From the NCBI GenBank assembly GCA_951406725.2, contig OX597826.1:60160001-60222000 (forward strand): a stretch of 62,000 bases of DNA. The letters are read 5' to 3'. Shown here one piece after another: positions 41,747-55,775 of the stretch. Position 1 is the first letter of the stretch; every line of letters begins with the position of its first letter. The stretch is from Octopus vulgaris. Lineage: Eukaryota. Position numbers and translations under genes: made by a program. The notes below the pieces were generated by a model. That model did no database searches and was not told the origin of the DNA. It saw only the letters and a program-made list of their open reading frames with translations.

Positions 41747-42277
41747 AGCATTAGGTTCCTTGGAAGAAAGCAACGTATGTTTGTTCTAGATTGAAGAAGG
41801 TAGGTGTGACACCATTGCTTTGAAAACACCCTACGAATCACCGCTTGTCACAATTCTATTCTGATAAACTTTTATTTGACAGAGATGGACATGAAAACCG
41901 TCTGAGGTAGAACTTCTGAATGAGTGGTTTGGAGACACTGAAACGATGGTGGGTGTGACATGGGTCCTCGACATCTTATCTTTGGTGGGTTTCCATGGGG
42001 ACTTCGCGAATTGGCTGGAGACCACTGAAATAAGAGTATCGTATCTAAAAGAAGACTATAATTTGTAGTTCTCAAAAATTAACATTTCTCATGAGAGTCT
42101 CAAAAGTTCGAGAAAACACTGCATATACCCAAACATGCATACACATAAGTGTATTTATGTATGCAGAGTTTATATGCACTGTTCACAATGAACCGTATCC
42201 GCTGTAAATGTCTGTTTCTTAAATGTCAAAATGTCAATCACATCCTGGAGAGTATGTATGTATATATACATTCCTGC

Positions 42278-42347
<70 letters not shown>

Positions 42348-42545
42348 ACAATCAGGAACGGCCATAATAGGCCATTCACCCACTATATCAACCGCAAATA
42401 TTTGCGGTTGAATATAGTGGGTATATTATGGCCGTTATGATTGTTGATGTTGAACTTAAAAATGGTCTATGACTATTTAATTTTTTCCTACTAGGCCGCT
42501 GGTGGCAAAGAATTCTACAAAATTTTTTTTTGCCACCCTATATTG

Positions 42546-42639
<94 letters not shown>

Positions 42640-42641
<2 letters not shown>

Positions 42642-42821
42642 AGATCGTTAGCTACTACACACATTCTTTTCTCTCCTTGTTTTTTTCTGTGTACCTTTCT
42701 GTAGAAGAGCGTAGGCTCGAAACGTAAAATACTTTTTCTATTCCTGAGCGCTATACTAATACATCTGTTAGTTTGTACACCACCTGCCTTCGTCTTGTGT
42801 TTATTTTCTTAAACTTACCTT

Positions 42822-42822
<1 letters not shown>
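42640..42822 (+). mobile_element. Family G1 hammerhead-motif element between long (TA)n tracts
   Basis: gttagctact start as at 5387; ttt-ctgtaga-a-gagc-gtag-gctc-gaaac-gta-aaa at 42696-42729. Confidence 0.75.
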
Positions 42823-42862
<40 letters not shown>

Positions 42863-42946
42863 ATGTATATATATACATATATACATATATTCATATATAC
42901 ATATATATACATATATACATATATATGCATATATATATGTATATAG

Positions 42947-42985
<39 letters not shown>

Positions 42986-43574
42986 CATAGGTATATATAT
43001 GTAAATATGTCTGTATGTGTAAGAGGCTAAGTAACCATCTATGGGTTATTAAATATCCAATATACTACTTAGTTGCCTTAAATATGTATATACACGTATA
43101 TGATTATTATGAGGTGTGGACGTGTATGTTATTCATACGTAAACATCCAACACAACTGATTCTAATATACTCACGGCTTCGTCAGTTATATCATTTAATT
43201 GCATGAAATATATAAAAAGAGATATACGTAGCAGGGCCGTACCAAGTGACTATTTGTCTACCTACAATGGGTCAGTGATTACACTTACTTCCTACCAACC
43301 CAGAATACTGAACCAATTGAAACAGCGAGTAATTACGTGATTTACTGTTAGTGGCAGTTTGAATACAAATGCTGATCTTTGACCATTATAGAAGGAATGA
43401 CTAATTGCAAGACTACATCATTGATATTCACTGTATCCAGTCGCGTTTCAGCAGATTCATTTGTCTCAATGAATGAAAGCCACGCAAATGAGTGAGCGGA
43501 GTCTGAATGACAAAATTATTAATCCGTATTATGACATGCATTTCGTTGATATAATTTTCTGCGACCGTGTACAA

Positions 43575-43850
43575 TATTTTCACATAAACTTAGATAAACT
43601 TAGATATGTTTCGACCAAAGATTGGTCCAGGCCATGTCTAACTTAATAGCACCACCTGATAGGATTATTCGAATCCTGTTTAAGTCAAGTTTTGTTTAAG
43701 TCAAGTTTTGTTCAAGTAGTGAGTTCTTGTTGGGTGAGTTGTATCCAATTATGGGTGGCTTATCTGGTATTCTTTGAAGGAATCTATCCAGACTCTGTTT
43801 AAAGTTGATGGGATCCTTTTCCTCTTTGATCTCCCTCGGGACATTGTAAT
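43575..43850 (-). pseudogene. CR1/L2-type LINE 3' end with 3' UTR and short tandem tail (tctaagttta)2
   Basis: Manual translation NVPREIKEEKDPINFKQSLDRFLQRIPDKPPIIGYNSPNKNSLLEQ fits the FKxxLDxFLxxIPDxPxxxGY..NSL C-terminus. Confidence 0.7.
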
Positions 43851-44185
43851 AACACAGTATTTTTTTTTCTATATTTTAATTATATAGAAATTTTAAATAC
43901 ATGTAAAGAATATTCTGACTTTAAACAATGAGTATTATCAGTTGAAATATACACCAAAACAAATGTGTTGATTAAGCATTTATTTTTAAAGACAGATCGA
44001 GAAGAGGGATGATTGCGTCCGTGACAATTTTATGGGCGTTCGAGGCTAATGGTAGAAAATGAGAGACTTTAGTTAGGCTTCACGGGCAAAATGGCAGAGT
44101 AAAACACTGAGACAGATTATCGATCTACCTACCTGCCTACATGCCTCCCTACTTGCCTATATACATACATAAGTAAATAATACAT

Positions 44186-44217
<32 letters not shown>

Positions 44218-45530
44218 GTATACACTCTCCATGCAGCTAATGTAATAGTAGACAAATTTCCAGGCCTCTACGAAATTATTAGTAAATAGATAAATTCGAT
44301 AAAGAAAGAAAAACAAATTACGGTAAGCAAATTTCCCTTAAAAAAAACTGACTTAAAATAAGCAAAAATATACATATATCTAAACGCAACTCTAGACAAT
44401 AAATTTAAAGTAAATAGACATTAGGTACCATAGCAGACAAAAAAGAAATAAAAAAAACAAGTGACAGAAAAAATAACAACAACCAATAGCTGTAAAAGAA
44501 GAACTAATCAATACCCCCTCAACAACCGGTCTCTGTCCTCCTACATCAACGAATATAAACGAATAATCACTTAGAGTTGTAACACATTTTACCTGAAGTT
44601 CGCAGCAGCGTGAAACGTAAATCGCGAGACAAATAAACTGTCTAAACAGATTACACGCTCACATATACATATACACGTATATCTACAAACGTTTAAACTT
44701 CGGTGCGCATATGTATGTCTGCACACACACACACGCATATATACATATATATATATGTATGTATATATATATGTGTACATAGGTGCACACACACAAAAAC
44801 GCACGCACGCATATATGCATATATGTATGTATATACGTACATATGTACACATACACACACATACGCACATAGGTTTGTTTCAACTGTTGAACAATGTCCG
44901 AAGCTTTCGTTCATTGCAGCTCAGTGCTCAAAATTCCTGGTTTTTATCTCGTTTATGTAACTTTTCAGCGAAATGAAAAACATATATATGTACACATGTA
45001 TGCACGTTATTGGGTGTATCACGTGTGTGTTTGGGGTATGTATGCGTGTGTGCGAGCTGTGTGTTCATTCTGTGTTTGTTTGTGTTATTGTATTGTGAAG
45101 TATTTTGTCTTTCATGAAAAAACGCACACGCACACACACGCACGCACACGCATACACACACACGCAATATATATACAGTTACGTATGCATACGCAAGTAC
45201 ACACACGTAGATACGAACTTTCCAGTACACACACACGAACGTACGAACACTTAAATTCAGGATCACACGCACAAGGGACCAGTAAATGCCCACGCCTACG
45301 GATGTCAGATCAGCGCTCTGATAATGTAGGACTTACTTCTCCTATGCATTCATGTTTACCGATACAAACCGAGGATATGGAGGCATCGTCAAGTAAACCA
45401 GAAATCAATTCAAGGTGGACTCAAGGGTATCATTGTAGTATTTGCAGAATAAAAATCAAAAACTTTTCGAAAATTGTAAACTGAGGTAAACAAAATTAAT
45501 GAACGTTTAAGTTGGCTTGCTTGCATATAG

Positions 45531-45736
45531 TCTTTTACTCTTTTGCTTGTTTCAGTCCTTTGACTGTGACCATGCTGGAGCACCGCCTCTGGTCGAACAA
45601 ATCGACCCCGGGACGTATTCTTTGTAAGCCTAGTACTTATTCGATCGGTCTCTTTTGCCGAACCGCTGATTACGGGGATGTAAACACACCACCATCAATT
45701 GTCAAGCGATGCTGGGGAACAGACACTGACACATAA

Positions 45737-45802
<66 letters not shown>

Positions 45803-45963
45803 GACGGGCTTCTTTCAGTTTCCGTCTAACAAATCCACTCACAAGGCTTTGGTCGGCCCGAGGCTATAGTAGAAGACACTTGCACGAGATGCCACACAGT
45901 GGTTCTAAATGCGGAACCACGTGGTGGGTAAGCAAGCTACTTATCTCACAGCCACTCCTACGT
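45531..45963 (-). mobile_element. SINE family B, full length
   Basis: Colinear with 30593-31009; internal (CA)n(TA)n. Confidence 0.9.
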
Positions 45964-46862
45964 CTTTATATTGAGATATGAATATAAAATCATGTGTGTG
46001 GAGAACAACCTCACTTGAAACTGGAAGTGTTTTATGACAATCTGGCCAGTAAATCCATTATATACGCACACGTGTCTCATAAGCGTCTATCATTAATTGC
46101 CGGTAAGCTATTTTGATGCTAGTTTCTTGTCTGCTTTCTCTGAAGAGCAAACCAACATTCTGTTTTCTTGGAAACAGAAATAGAGAGAAGGCAGCAAGGC
46201 TTCTTTGTTGTAGCGCGCAGAGCGTCAAGTGTGTCCACGGATAATGAATTACCGTCACATTGTTCTGCTTCCGCAGCCACTAGTAACGGTTTCCAAGCCG
46301 ATGGAAGTAAGGAAGGTGAAATATCGTCAGGAGCAGTCATAATTTTACATGAATTCATTCAGCTACATGATTTGTTCATGCACCGTTGAAGTGCCGCGAG
46401 TACACAAGTGCTGACGTTTTGGATTTGCCATACATTTTGAATGCCATCCTGATCACAGTAAACAATATTTGGAGCAGGACATCTGTAATTTTAGCGCTAA
46501 CGGTGGTCATACTTGGTAATGAATCTACAACCACTCTATATTGGATATAAGCATAAAGTGAAGTTATGATATAGGAATGGGAAAAACTCATATTGTCAAA
46601 GACAGAAACATAGTGAGTTTCTTGACAGCCGACCGAGACAACAACAAAGTACACAACAATGAGAATATCATATAGAAGCTAATATATATAAACATGGTGA
46701 ATAAACAGGGTAAATAAAGGAAACGATGTTTAACAGCCAATTATGTCATCAGAGATGTATTGAGATGACGACGACGGTGAGGTGTACGTTATGTTGTATT
46801 GCTTCGTAATTGTCTCCTCATCCATCATATTAGGAAATTGATTAGTTGTGTAAAGAACTACA

Positions 46863-46901
<39 letters not shown>

Positions 46902-46917
46902 ATACATACACAGAAAC

Positions 46918-46967
<50 letters not shown>

Positions 46968-47566
46968 ATGTGTGTGAGTTGGAAATATAGCAATTTTGAC
47001 AGATTAGATCTAATAACCTAACTTTTGCTCATTTACAAAGAACAGAAAGCTGGCATGCGAGAAATTACTTCACAAAGTGACAAACACATTTACAAGGAAA
47101 AGAAAAAAAGTCCAAGAACAAACTTAAAAAGCTTGGAAGATAAACTACACAAAAAACAACTACCAAATACTATGCGTGGTTCTCGTAATGTTTCTTCGAC
47201 TTCAAATTTCTCACTTGAAGTTTGACAACACTAAAAATTGAAAACAATGACAATTAGGTATTCAACGGTTTTTCATTTACAAACGTATGCTTGGTTTTCA
47301 AACAATGTTATGTTTAATTTATTATAATTTCATTAACATCACCAAGTAGGGTCGATGTAAATGATGAAATAACACCAAGTGACATTACATACATCACAAA
47401 CAGCGTCGGATTCCATAAATGATTTTCTTTCTCTGTAATTCTTTAACGTTTCCATACGCTCATAAGTTCTTACTTTGGTAGACGAAGATCTGTAAATAAC
47501 TTCATAAAAATTACAGGTGGCTGGGCGGGCTAAGAAGCTTGGTTTGCAAACCCATGGTTTTGCGTT

Positions 47567-47619
<53 letters not shown>

Positions 47620-48374
47620 ATCTATTTCAAGCGTAAATTGACAGTTCTGATAAGGACGATGTTACTACGTTTTGTGTCACTTTAAAAGTATATACCACGA
47701 ACAAGGCTAACCTCTGCGGCTGAAAAGAAATAACCCAGAAACCATGGTCCGCAGGTTCTGTTTAAGACTGGGTGGTGTCAATATCTCCCTTGTTTGAGGC
47801 ATAAGGACGCAGATGTGCGTCGGTAGCAAGCTGGAAATGATGTTTTCCTGGGACTATAAAAGTTAGTAAAACTGTCCGAAGCAGAAGTTTGAAAGCAGTT
47901 CATGACCATTGTGTCCGGCTAACGAAGTTATAACACGCATATACTGATTGAAACCCTATTACACGTGTTTATCTATTCAATCTCCGCGGCGCTTTCAAAT
48001 TATTTGGCTTGATGAAGCGACAACTGCTGTATTAACAGAATACTATTTCTTTGTATATCTATTCTATTACACATAACTAAATGAAACGGAACTGACCAAC
48101 TAAGATGAACATGTCCAAAGAATGATCAGTATCAAACATGTGTCTTGAGTAAACGCGACAAAAAACCTCCATTTGAACCTAAATTTATTTTGTTAAGGTA
48201 TTATCTGGCCAAAGAAGATTCCATTGGCTAAGAAACTGTCTTTGCAACTTCGTGGCTTCGGGTTTAGCTCCATTGCGTGGCATCATTGCAAATATCCTTT
48301 GCAATAACCCCGGGCCGATTATTGCATTCTCGGTGAATTGGTTAATCAACATTACTCTGTGAGGATAATTGGGC

Positions 48375-48560
48375 AGATTTCTCTGCCGTATAAATATCAT
48401 TCCATGGACAGTACGCTAGACCGTCGCAGGATTATTCACTTTTACCAGCTGAATTGACTGAAGCAACGAGATATGAAGTATTTTGCTCATGAACACAATG
48501 CATTTCCCAGTGCATCGAAACCACAACCTTACGATCATGAGTACAACACCGGAAACACTA
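48375..48560 (-). mobile_element. SINE family D, degenerate
   Basis: ccgtcgcaggatt...cagctgaattgactgaagcaacgag...gaaaccacaaccttacgatcatga is the reverse complement of the D layout at 56857. Confidence 0.6.
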
Positions 48561-48635
48561 AGCTATGAACCTCCACATTCTGAGTGAAATAGTAAAGGAA
48601 AACTGCTTGGAGGTCCGTCGTATACATATATATAT

Positions 48636-48704
<69 letters not shown>

Positions 48705-49484
48705 AACATATTCCTGTAAATATATGTGTGTGTGAGTTTGTGTACATATAATTGTGTGTATATATGTATAATGTGTGTCTGTGTGTGTTAATGTCTGCCA
48801 CCCTCCAACACTTTCCAACTGGCGCTGATTTGTTTTTGAACCCATAACTCATCGGTTTGGCAAGCGACCAATAGAAAACCAGATTTTAAAATAAAGTATT
48901 GCGGTCGAAATGATTGACTAACCCTCTTCAAGGAGAGTTTCCATCTCGGCATAAGTTCATTAACTGAAAGAAAAAAGTTTGCAGACATCCTTGCGGCATG
49001 ATCAGAAAATATATATATTAGGGTCCACAAACCACAGAAGTTTTAATATCTATAAAACATGAATAAACCACCACATTATTAAATAGAAAGAAATTGAAAG
49101 CTTGATATGTTTTAAATGTTTATCTTAAGCGTTTCTGAAGATTAATAATATCCGCACCCACCAACCATACGGAGTTGATGTCTTTAAAGAAATTTGTTGT
49201 TGATTCACGTTAAAATAATCTTTTTTACATTGTCGTCTATGTTCCATTCCAGCGATGAGCTACGAAATCGATTCCATCAAGGCACTCATGCAAAGGAGAC
49301 ACAATACTTGGAATTTTATTAATTAAGATAAAATTACTGTTTACTAATGAATGTCACATTAAGACGTTGCTGACCGATTTCATAAGAGAAAATGATTTTT
49401 CACAGCACATATAAATCAGGAATAATGTATATTTTTCAATTACACGTGGATCTATCTGAATATATAATATAAAAATAGCAGCAA

Positions 49485-49715
49485 GGCGGCGAGCTGGCAG
49501 AATCGTTAGCACGCCGGGCGAAATGCTTAGCAGTATTTCGTCTGCCGTTACGTTCTGAGTTCAAATTCCGCCGAGGTCGACTTTGCCTTTCATCCTTTCC
49601 GGGTCGATAAATTAAGTACCAGTTACGCACTGGGGTCGATGTAATCTACTTAATCCGTTTGTCTGTCCTTGTTTGTCCTCTCTGTGTTTAGCCCCTTGTG
49701 GGTAGTAAAGAAATA
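49485..49715 (+). mobile_element. SINE family A, full length, with an 18-bp target-site duplication
   Basis: tatataatataaaaatag at 49461-49478 and 49716-49733. Confidence 0.92.
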
Positions 49716-50592
49716 TATATAATATAAAAATAGATGCATGAATTTATCAAGTACACACTGTGTGTTTGGTTTAACGAAATAATATAATGTTATTTAATTC
49801 ATATTATATATTGATAAAATCAGGAAAAATGATAGTCGTCGTATTTCAAAACTTAGACATGCTGTGGAATAACTAAAGACAATTTTGTAATCAGCGTCCA
49901 AAATAGATTTAAGAAAAGGCTAAATTGAAGAAAAAGAAAATTATCATGTTAACCAGCGTAGTTTATTGAATTTCTCAAATAAATTAAATACTTGTTAAAA
50001 ATCTTCTTAAAACTTAGTAATATTTCAAAATATTTGTACAATCTACGATGTGGTTAAGCAGCAAATTGGCTAAAAAGCAAAGAAAATATTTTCTGAAGAT
50101 ATTGCAAAATTTTTCTAATGTTCATTTATCAGTAACAGGTGCACCGGTTGCTGGTTAGATGTCGACAATTAACTTCAGCAATTTCTCCTCTTTCTTTCTA
50201 TTTGGTATGTTAACTAAAAATATTTTGAGTTTTTATTCTTTTAAGCTTTTTGTTTCTTTTTACCGTTCTTTGTTCTTCTTAGCATGATTTGTTTTGTTTT
50301 CTAAATAACAGAAAAGCAACTTGGTAAATTATTCTAATTCCTAAAATCAACAAATATTCGCACAGGAAATGATATACAACCGTTTCTACATACGTGTGTA
50401 GCAAAAGGCATACACCTATGTACATGTGTGTGCGAGTGTCTGTCAGCCTGTGTACTTTATGTTAGCAATTTTTGAATGCGTAATTTTTTTTTATAATCGT
50501 GAGTGCTCGAGTGAGTGTGGGCATACCTGCAGCGTAACACTTCATGTGCGCGTGCGTATGAATACATACAAACATACATATATATATATATA

Positions 50593-50662
<70 letters not shown>

Positions 50663-51314
50663 TATAGTTCTCTGTAGTCCTATTTAACCAGGTGTGCCAG
50701 TGTATATACACAGGTTTATAAACCATTAAACAACATAAACAATGCACAACATTTTTCGTTAACTCGACAAGAATTATGTACACATTGAATGACATGTTAT
50801 TCTTTCTTGATGTCATTTTGTTTACTTTCCTTGTCTTTATTTGCAGTTTCTTGATCTAAAACGTTTCTTCATTTTTCTGTTGAGTGGCAAATTTTTCATA
50901 CCCTTTCAACTTTATTTGTGTTTTATCAATGAGTTGGCTTTTAAAATTACCAGGAAATAACTTAATTACATTCTTTTGAAAATTGGAACATTAATATGCT
51001 TTAGAAATTAAATATTTTAAGCAAAGGTGACATAATTACATCGATACAATGTGCAACCAAGTTTACATCGATACTATGTGCAACCAAGAAAACCCAGATT
51101 TCCTTTCAGCAACATATGATAGTCGAAATCATTAGACCGTATAGATGGAAAACTCAAAAAGTCCGCTTTTCTTAAAGGCCAGTCCCTTAGCGAGCGCTTA
51201 GCTTTTAAGCCTATTCTGCCGCTTGCATTTGAGGTTTTCATTGATTTACATTACCGATATTCGAACGCTATGGAAGACTACGTAGATAACTGTCAATATT
51301 TATCTTTTATTGAG

Positions 51315-51530
51315 ACGGCGAGCTGGCAGAATCACTAGCATCCCGGACAAAATGCTTAGTGGCATTTCGTCCGTATTTTCGTTCAGAGTTCAACATTCGA
51401 TGAGATGGTCTTTGCCGCTCTTCATTTCGGGTTCGATAAAATAAGTACCAGTTGAGGATTGGGGTAGATGTAAGTAACTTAATCCCTTCTTCGAAATTGC
51501 TGGTATTTCACCAAATTTTAAATCAGAATT
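51315..51530 (+). mobile_element. SINE family A-related (A2), degenerate
   Basis: acggcgagctggcagaatcactagc...cgataaaataagtaccagttg...ttcgaaattgctgg. Confidence 0.7.
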
Positions 51531-51629
51531 CAACATCTGCTGGAAGATGAGAGTAACAATTTACAGGACAACGCGAGAAATTTGAGAATGAGACTTTGGT
51601 TTTTGATTGTATATTAAAAAAAAAATTAT

Positions 51630-51830
51630 TACATCGACCTCAGTGCGTAACTGGTACTTATTTAATCGACCCCAAAATATGAAAAGCAAAGTCGACCTCG
51701 GCGGAAATTGAACTCAGAATGTAACGGCAGACGAAATACCACTCATTTTCACCAACTGAGTGGACTGGAGCAACGTGAAATGAAGTGTTTTGGTCAAGAA
51801 CACAACGTGTCACCCAGTCCGGGAATTTGA
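51630..51830 (-). mobile_element. Family A fragment abutting a family C/D fragment
   Basis: cagtgcgtaactggtactta...gtcgacctcggcggaaattgaactcagaatg, then ctgagtggactggagcaacgtgaaatgaagtgttttggtcaagaacac. Confidence 0.7.
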
Positions 51831-52158
51831 TTGTATATTTAAAGCAAACAATACTCTTAGCTTTAGAATTACACAGAGAGAAAGGACGACTGAGCCAAAG
51901 GGACGTGCACGTTTTTCTCCTGCCTCTATTACATCATTACTCTGTATGTTCAAACAAAAGAAAATGAACAAAATATGAACATGATTTATTATGAATACAT
52001 CTACAATGTTTCAATATTTTCCCCTAAATTTCAATTTACTGTTATTAATCAAAATACGCGCTTTTGGATATTCATTTATGATGGCATCACCAATGTTTCC
52101 TTTTATAGTTTGTGCCGTGATTTATTCAATTCATATGACCGTATGCATTTATTCGTAC

Positions 52159-52207
<49 letters not shown>

Positions 52208-53089
52208 TGTGTGTGTGTGTATGTGTGTTTGTGTGTGTTTAGGTGTACCTATACACAGACGCACAAACACACAGAAACACACACACATATATACATTTGC
52301 ACATGGTACATATTGCTAAGTATAAATACAATAGTTCGAATTGTGTCCCAAAATTCTGTGGCATATTTTCGATAACTTGCCAATGAATTTGCCGGAAAAT
52401 TATAATTAGAGACTTTGTTATGGGTCCATATTATCCATAAAAGAAAACGATTTCCCTATTGAGATAGACAGGATGTTGAAACATAGACAAAGCACTATTA
52501 ACGCTTGGTTGCAAATTTTACCTGCATAGCCCCTTTTTAAATCTCTTAAAACCTCTTCAAACGTATGAAATACGGTTTAACAACAATGAAGAAATGAGAA
52601 ATGATTTACACAGTTGACAACGAGAAAGCATGTTATTTGGTGTATTACTTTTCCCCAAATAGCATGCTTTCTCGTTACCATCTGTCCAATACTTCAGGGT
52701 TGCTTATTTTTTCAATCCTGTAAAAATGGAAGTAAAAATTTAATTCCTGGTGATTTGAACACACAAGATACACATCTATCCCTTCAACACAGGACAACTT
52801 AGCAACTTCTAAATATCCTGGAAGTTCGTTAATTTAATAATTTCTTATGATAGTTTCTATTTTAGCCACAAGAGAACAAATTTAGTTGAATACCATAATC
52901 TGTTTCTTTATTTTTCGACACTCAGAGAATGAAATCCAAAACTGTGATCAGTAGGGTTTGAACGCAGAAAGTAAACATTTAAAACATATTTTTTCTAATG
53001 CTCTAAAGATTAGACCAATTCGAAGGTTTGAATAGAGATTAAATAAAACGTAGAAAATCGAAACAATCTGCCAGCTGGAAGAATATTTA

Positions 53090-53500
53090 GCAGGTATGGC
53101 TGTGTTGTGAGAAGCTTATTTCTTAACCACATGGTTCTGGGTTCAGTCCCTCTGCGGGATACTTTGGGAAAGTATCTTCTACTATAACCTCAGACCTACC
53201 TAATCTTGGAGTATATTTGATAGACAGTAACAGAAAGAAGCCCGCCGTATACATATATATGTATATATCTATGTGTAAGTGTCCTTGAGTCTGTGTTTGT
53301 AACCCATCATCACTTGACAACCGGTGTGTTGGTGTAGTTACGCCCCATACTTTGGTGGTTCGGCAAAAGTACCGATGGTATAAGTACCAGGCTTTAAAAA
53401 GAAAAGCAAGTCCTGGAGTCGATTTATTCGACTAAAACCCTTCAAGGCGGTGACCCAGCATGGCCGCTATCAAATGACTGAAGCAAGTAAGGGTAAAAGA
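53090..53500 (+). mobile_element. SINE family B, full length, diverged; an A-type fragment follows (~53505-53640)
   Basis: cacatggttctgggttcagtccc...cttgacaaccgg...ccagcatggccgctatcaaatgactgaagcaag. Confidence 0.8.
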
Positions 53501-53850
53501 CGTCGGTCAAAATGCTTAGCGGCAATAATTTGGTTTTGTGCACTGTGAATTCAAATACTGCCCAGATCGAATTTTCCTTTCGTTTTTTTTTTTCGGTGTT
53601 GATAGAATAACATACCAGTCAAGATCGGGGTCCATGTATTTGACTTGTCCCTGCTCGTAAAACATCACTGACCTTATATCCTGCAAGGGACTACCATTTC
53701 CTTCAAGCCGGGATGTTGTGAATTTAGTCACTTAGGCTCCAAGGAAACAGCGTGTTACTAGTCCTAGAGTTCAAGAAAACTAGGAAAAAATATCTAAAAT
53801 TCAATGACAGTACCATATATATATATATATATAAAATTTACATCTATCTA

Positions 53851-53881
<31 letters not shown>

Positions 53882-53936
53882 GTATATATATGTATAAACC
53901 AATATATATGTATGCATGTATGGACTTATATGTGCA

Positions 53937-54013
<77 letters not shown>

Positions 54014-54800
54014 TAAAAAATGATTTGTAAATGTGTACAAGACATTTACAGATAATTTCAAGTTCATGTTTCGAGTGTTAAGTGAGAGGGGCGTGGGCGT
54101 ATTTTTGATGATTCTCATTATACACTAGAATATATTTGAACAAAATTCAGAAATGAATGTAAAGAATGTAATGAAAGTGGAGAAATAAGGTAGTCAAATG
54201 GCTTACAGAATAGAGAAGAAAAATAATTTATGAAAAAGTAAAGGGTTCAAAAAAAAAAAAAAATTAAGAGAAGGAAAAAAGAAAGAAGAATGTAAAAGAA
54301 GTGAATGGGTTGAAGAAGATAAACGAGTGTTTATAGAAGAAGAAATAAAACAGTTGATCAGCGTTAATAAAGGAAAAAAATAAATAATATTTCAATAAAG
54401 TGAAACACAGTAAAAAATAAAATGTTAACGTGATTCATTTTCGAGATTGAAGTTCTTTTATCAATATTGAGATAAAGACAAGAGGATACAAAGCGGTTTA
54501 CTAATAATTTTCAGTCTCAAACGAAATGAATTTGAACGACTCTTAGCCACTACTCGAAAGGCTTTTGCATCCACGTGCGTGCGCATACATGCACACGACA
54601 CAGGTACACATGTACAAACATGTACATAAATTTATAAATCCAAAATTCTGCTTACGTATACATAGACATACACACGCGTAAATATATGTATACGTATATG
54701 CGTGTACGTGTGTGTGTATATACAAATATGCATACATACAACCACACATACACACACAAATATGTTATATAATGCATATGCACATATATGATATATATAT

Positions 54801-54833
<33 letters not shown>

Positions 54834-54921
54834 CACACACATATATAAATATATACACATACAAATATTATATATATGCGTACACATATACGTTCATATA
54901 TGCATACATATATATTGGTAT

Positions 54922-54986
<65 letters not shown>

Positions 54987-55040
54987 TATATATGTATGTA
55001 CGCATGTATATATATGTGTGTATATATGTGTATATATATT

Positions 55041-55318
55041 GTTTGTTCCTTCTAGAGCCATGCCTGGCTCATAAGGGCTGATTTCCCGGTTTCCTTGGCG
55101 TATACGTTCCCCACCTGGACGGGACGCCGGTCTGTCACAGTTGAGCTCCAAGATGCAGGAGAAAAGAGTGAGAGAAAGTTGTGGCGAGAGAGTCAGCAGA
55201 AGTTCGCCATTACCTTCTGCCGGAGCCGCGTGGAGCTTAGGTGTTTCGCTCATAAACAGACACATCGCCTGGTCTGAGATTTGAACCTATGATCCCTCTA
55301 AGCACTAGGCCATGTGGT
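55041..55318 (-). mobile_element. SINE family E, near full length
   Basis: tRNA-like head catggcctagtg...ggttcaaatctcagacc; 3' cggcgtcccgtccaggtggggaacgtatacgccaaggaaaccggg. Confidence 0.75.
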
Positions 55319-55319
55319 A

Positions 55320-55376
<57 letters not shown>

Positions 55377-55775
55377 TTGTGAATCCGTTTTCGTTTAGTG
55401 CGCTTTACACTATCATCTGAGGTGCTCCGTCATCATAATTCTGTGAAACTTGATTTCTACCTTTCTAGACTCTTATCCGAAACTCCAAATGAGAAGATTA
55501 ATTAGTTGCGCCTCGAACAACTAAGAATATATTTCAAAATATGAAAAATAGAAACCAAAATTCGCTTGAAAGTTCATACATAAATGTCAAAATAAGGAAG
55601 AAACTAAATACTAAGTTCTAAACTAAGAATGAGGGGTCGTTGTATCATTCAATTGAGTTTGGTATGAAAGTGTTATTTAATTTTTGAACCTTAAATTTCA
55701 TAGTTAGCATCAATCTATCCTCGAAATTGACGTCTTATGGATATATTCAATGCACGACTATTCTCTTTTTTTTTT

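Noticed and set aside
44894-45484. 196-aa ORF ending in YHCSIC
   Set aside because: Mostly CA/TG repeat; only two cysteines with no downstream histidines, so not a supportable zinc finger
45512-45736. ORFs inside SINE B and A copies (also 21237, 30549, 49436)
   Set aside because: Recurrent antisense SINE translations, not proteins
47855-47862. TATAAAAG TATA-like box
   Set aside because: Expected by chance in AT-rich DNA; no supported downstream gene
51040-51090. Short 19-27-bp tandem duplications (also ~9404, ~18913, ~35551, ~43680)
   Set aside because: Two copies each, ordinary slippage; no spacers or cas genes, so not CRISPR
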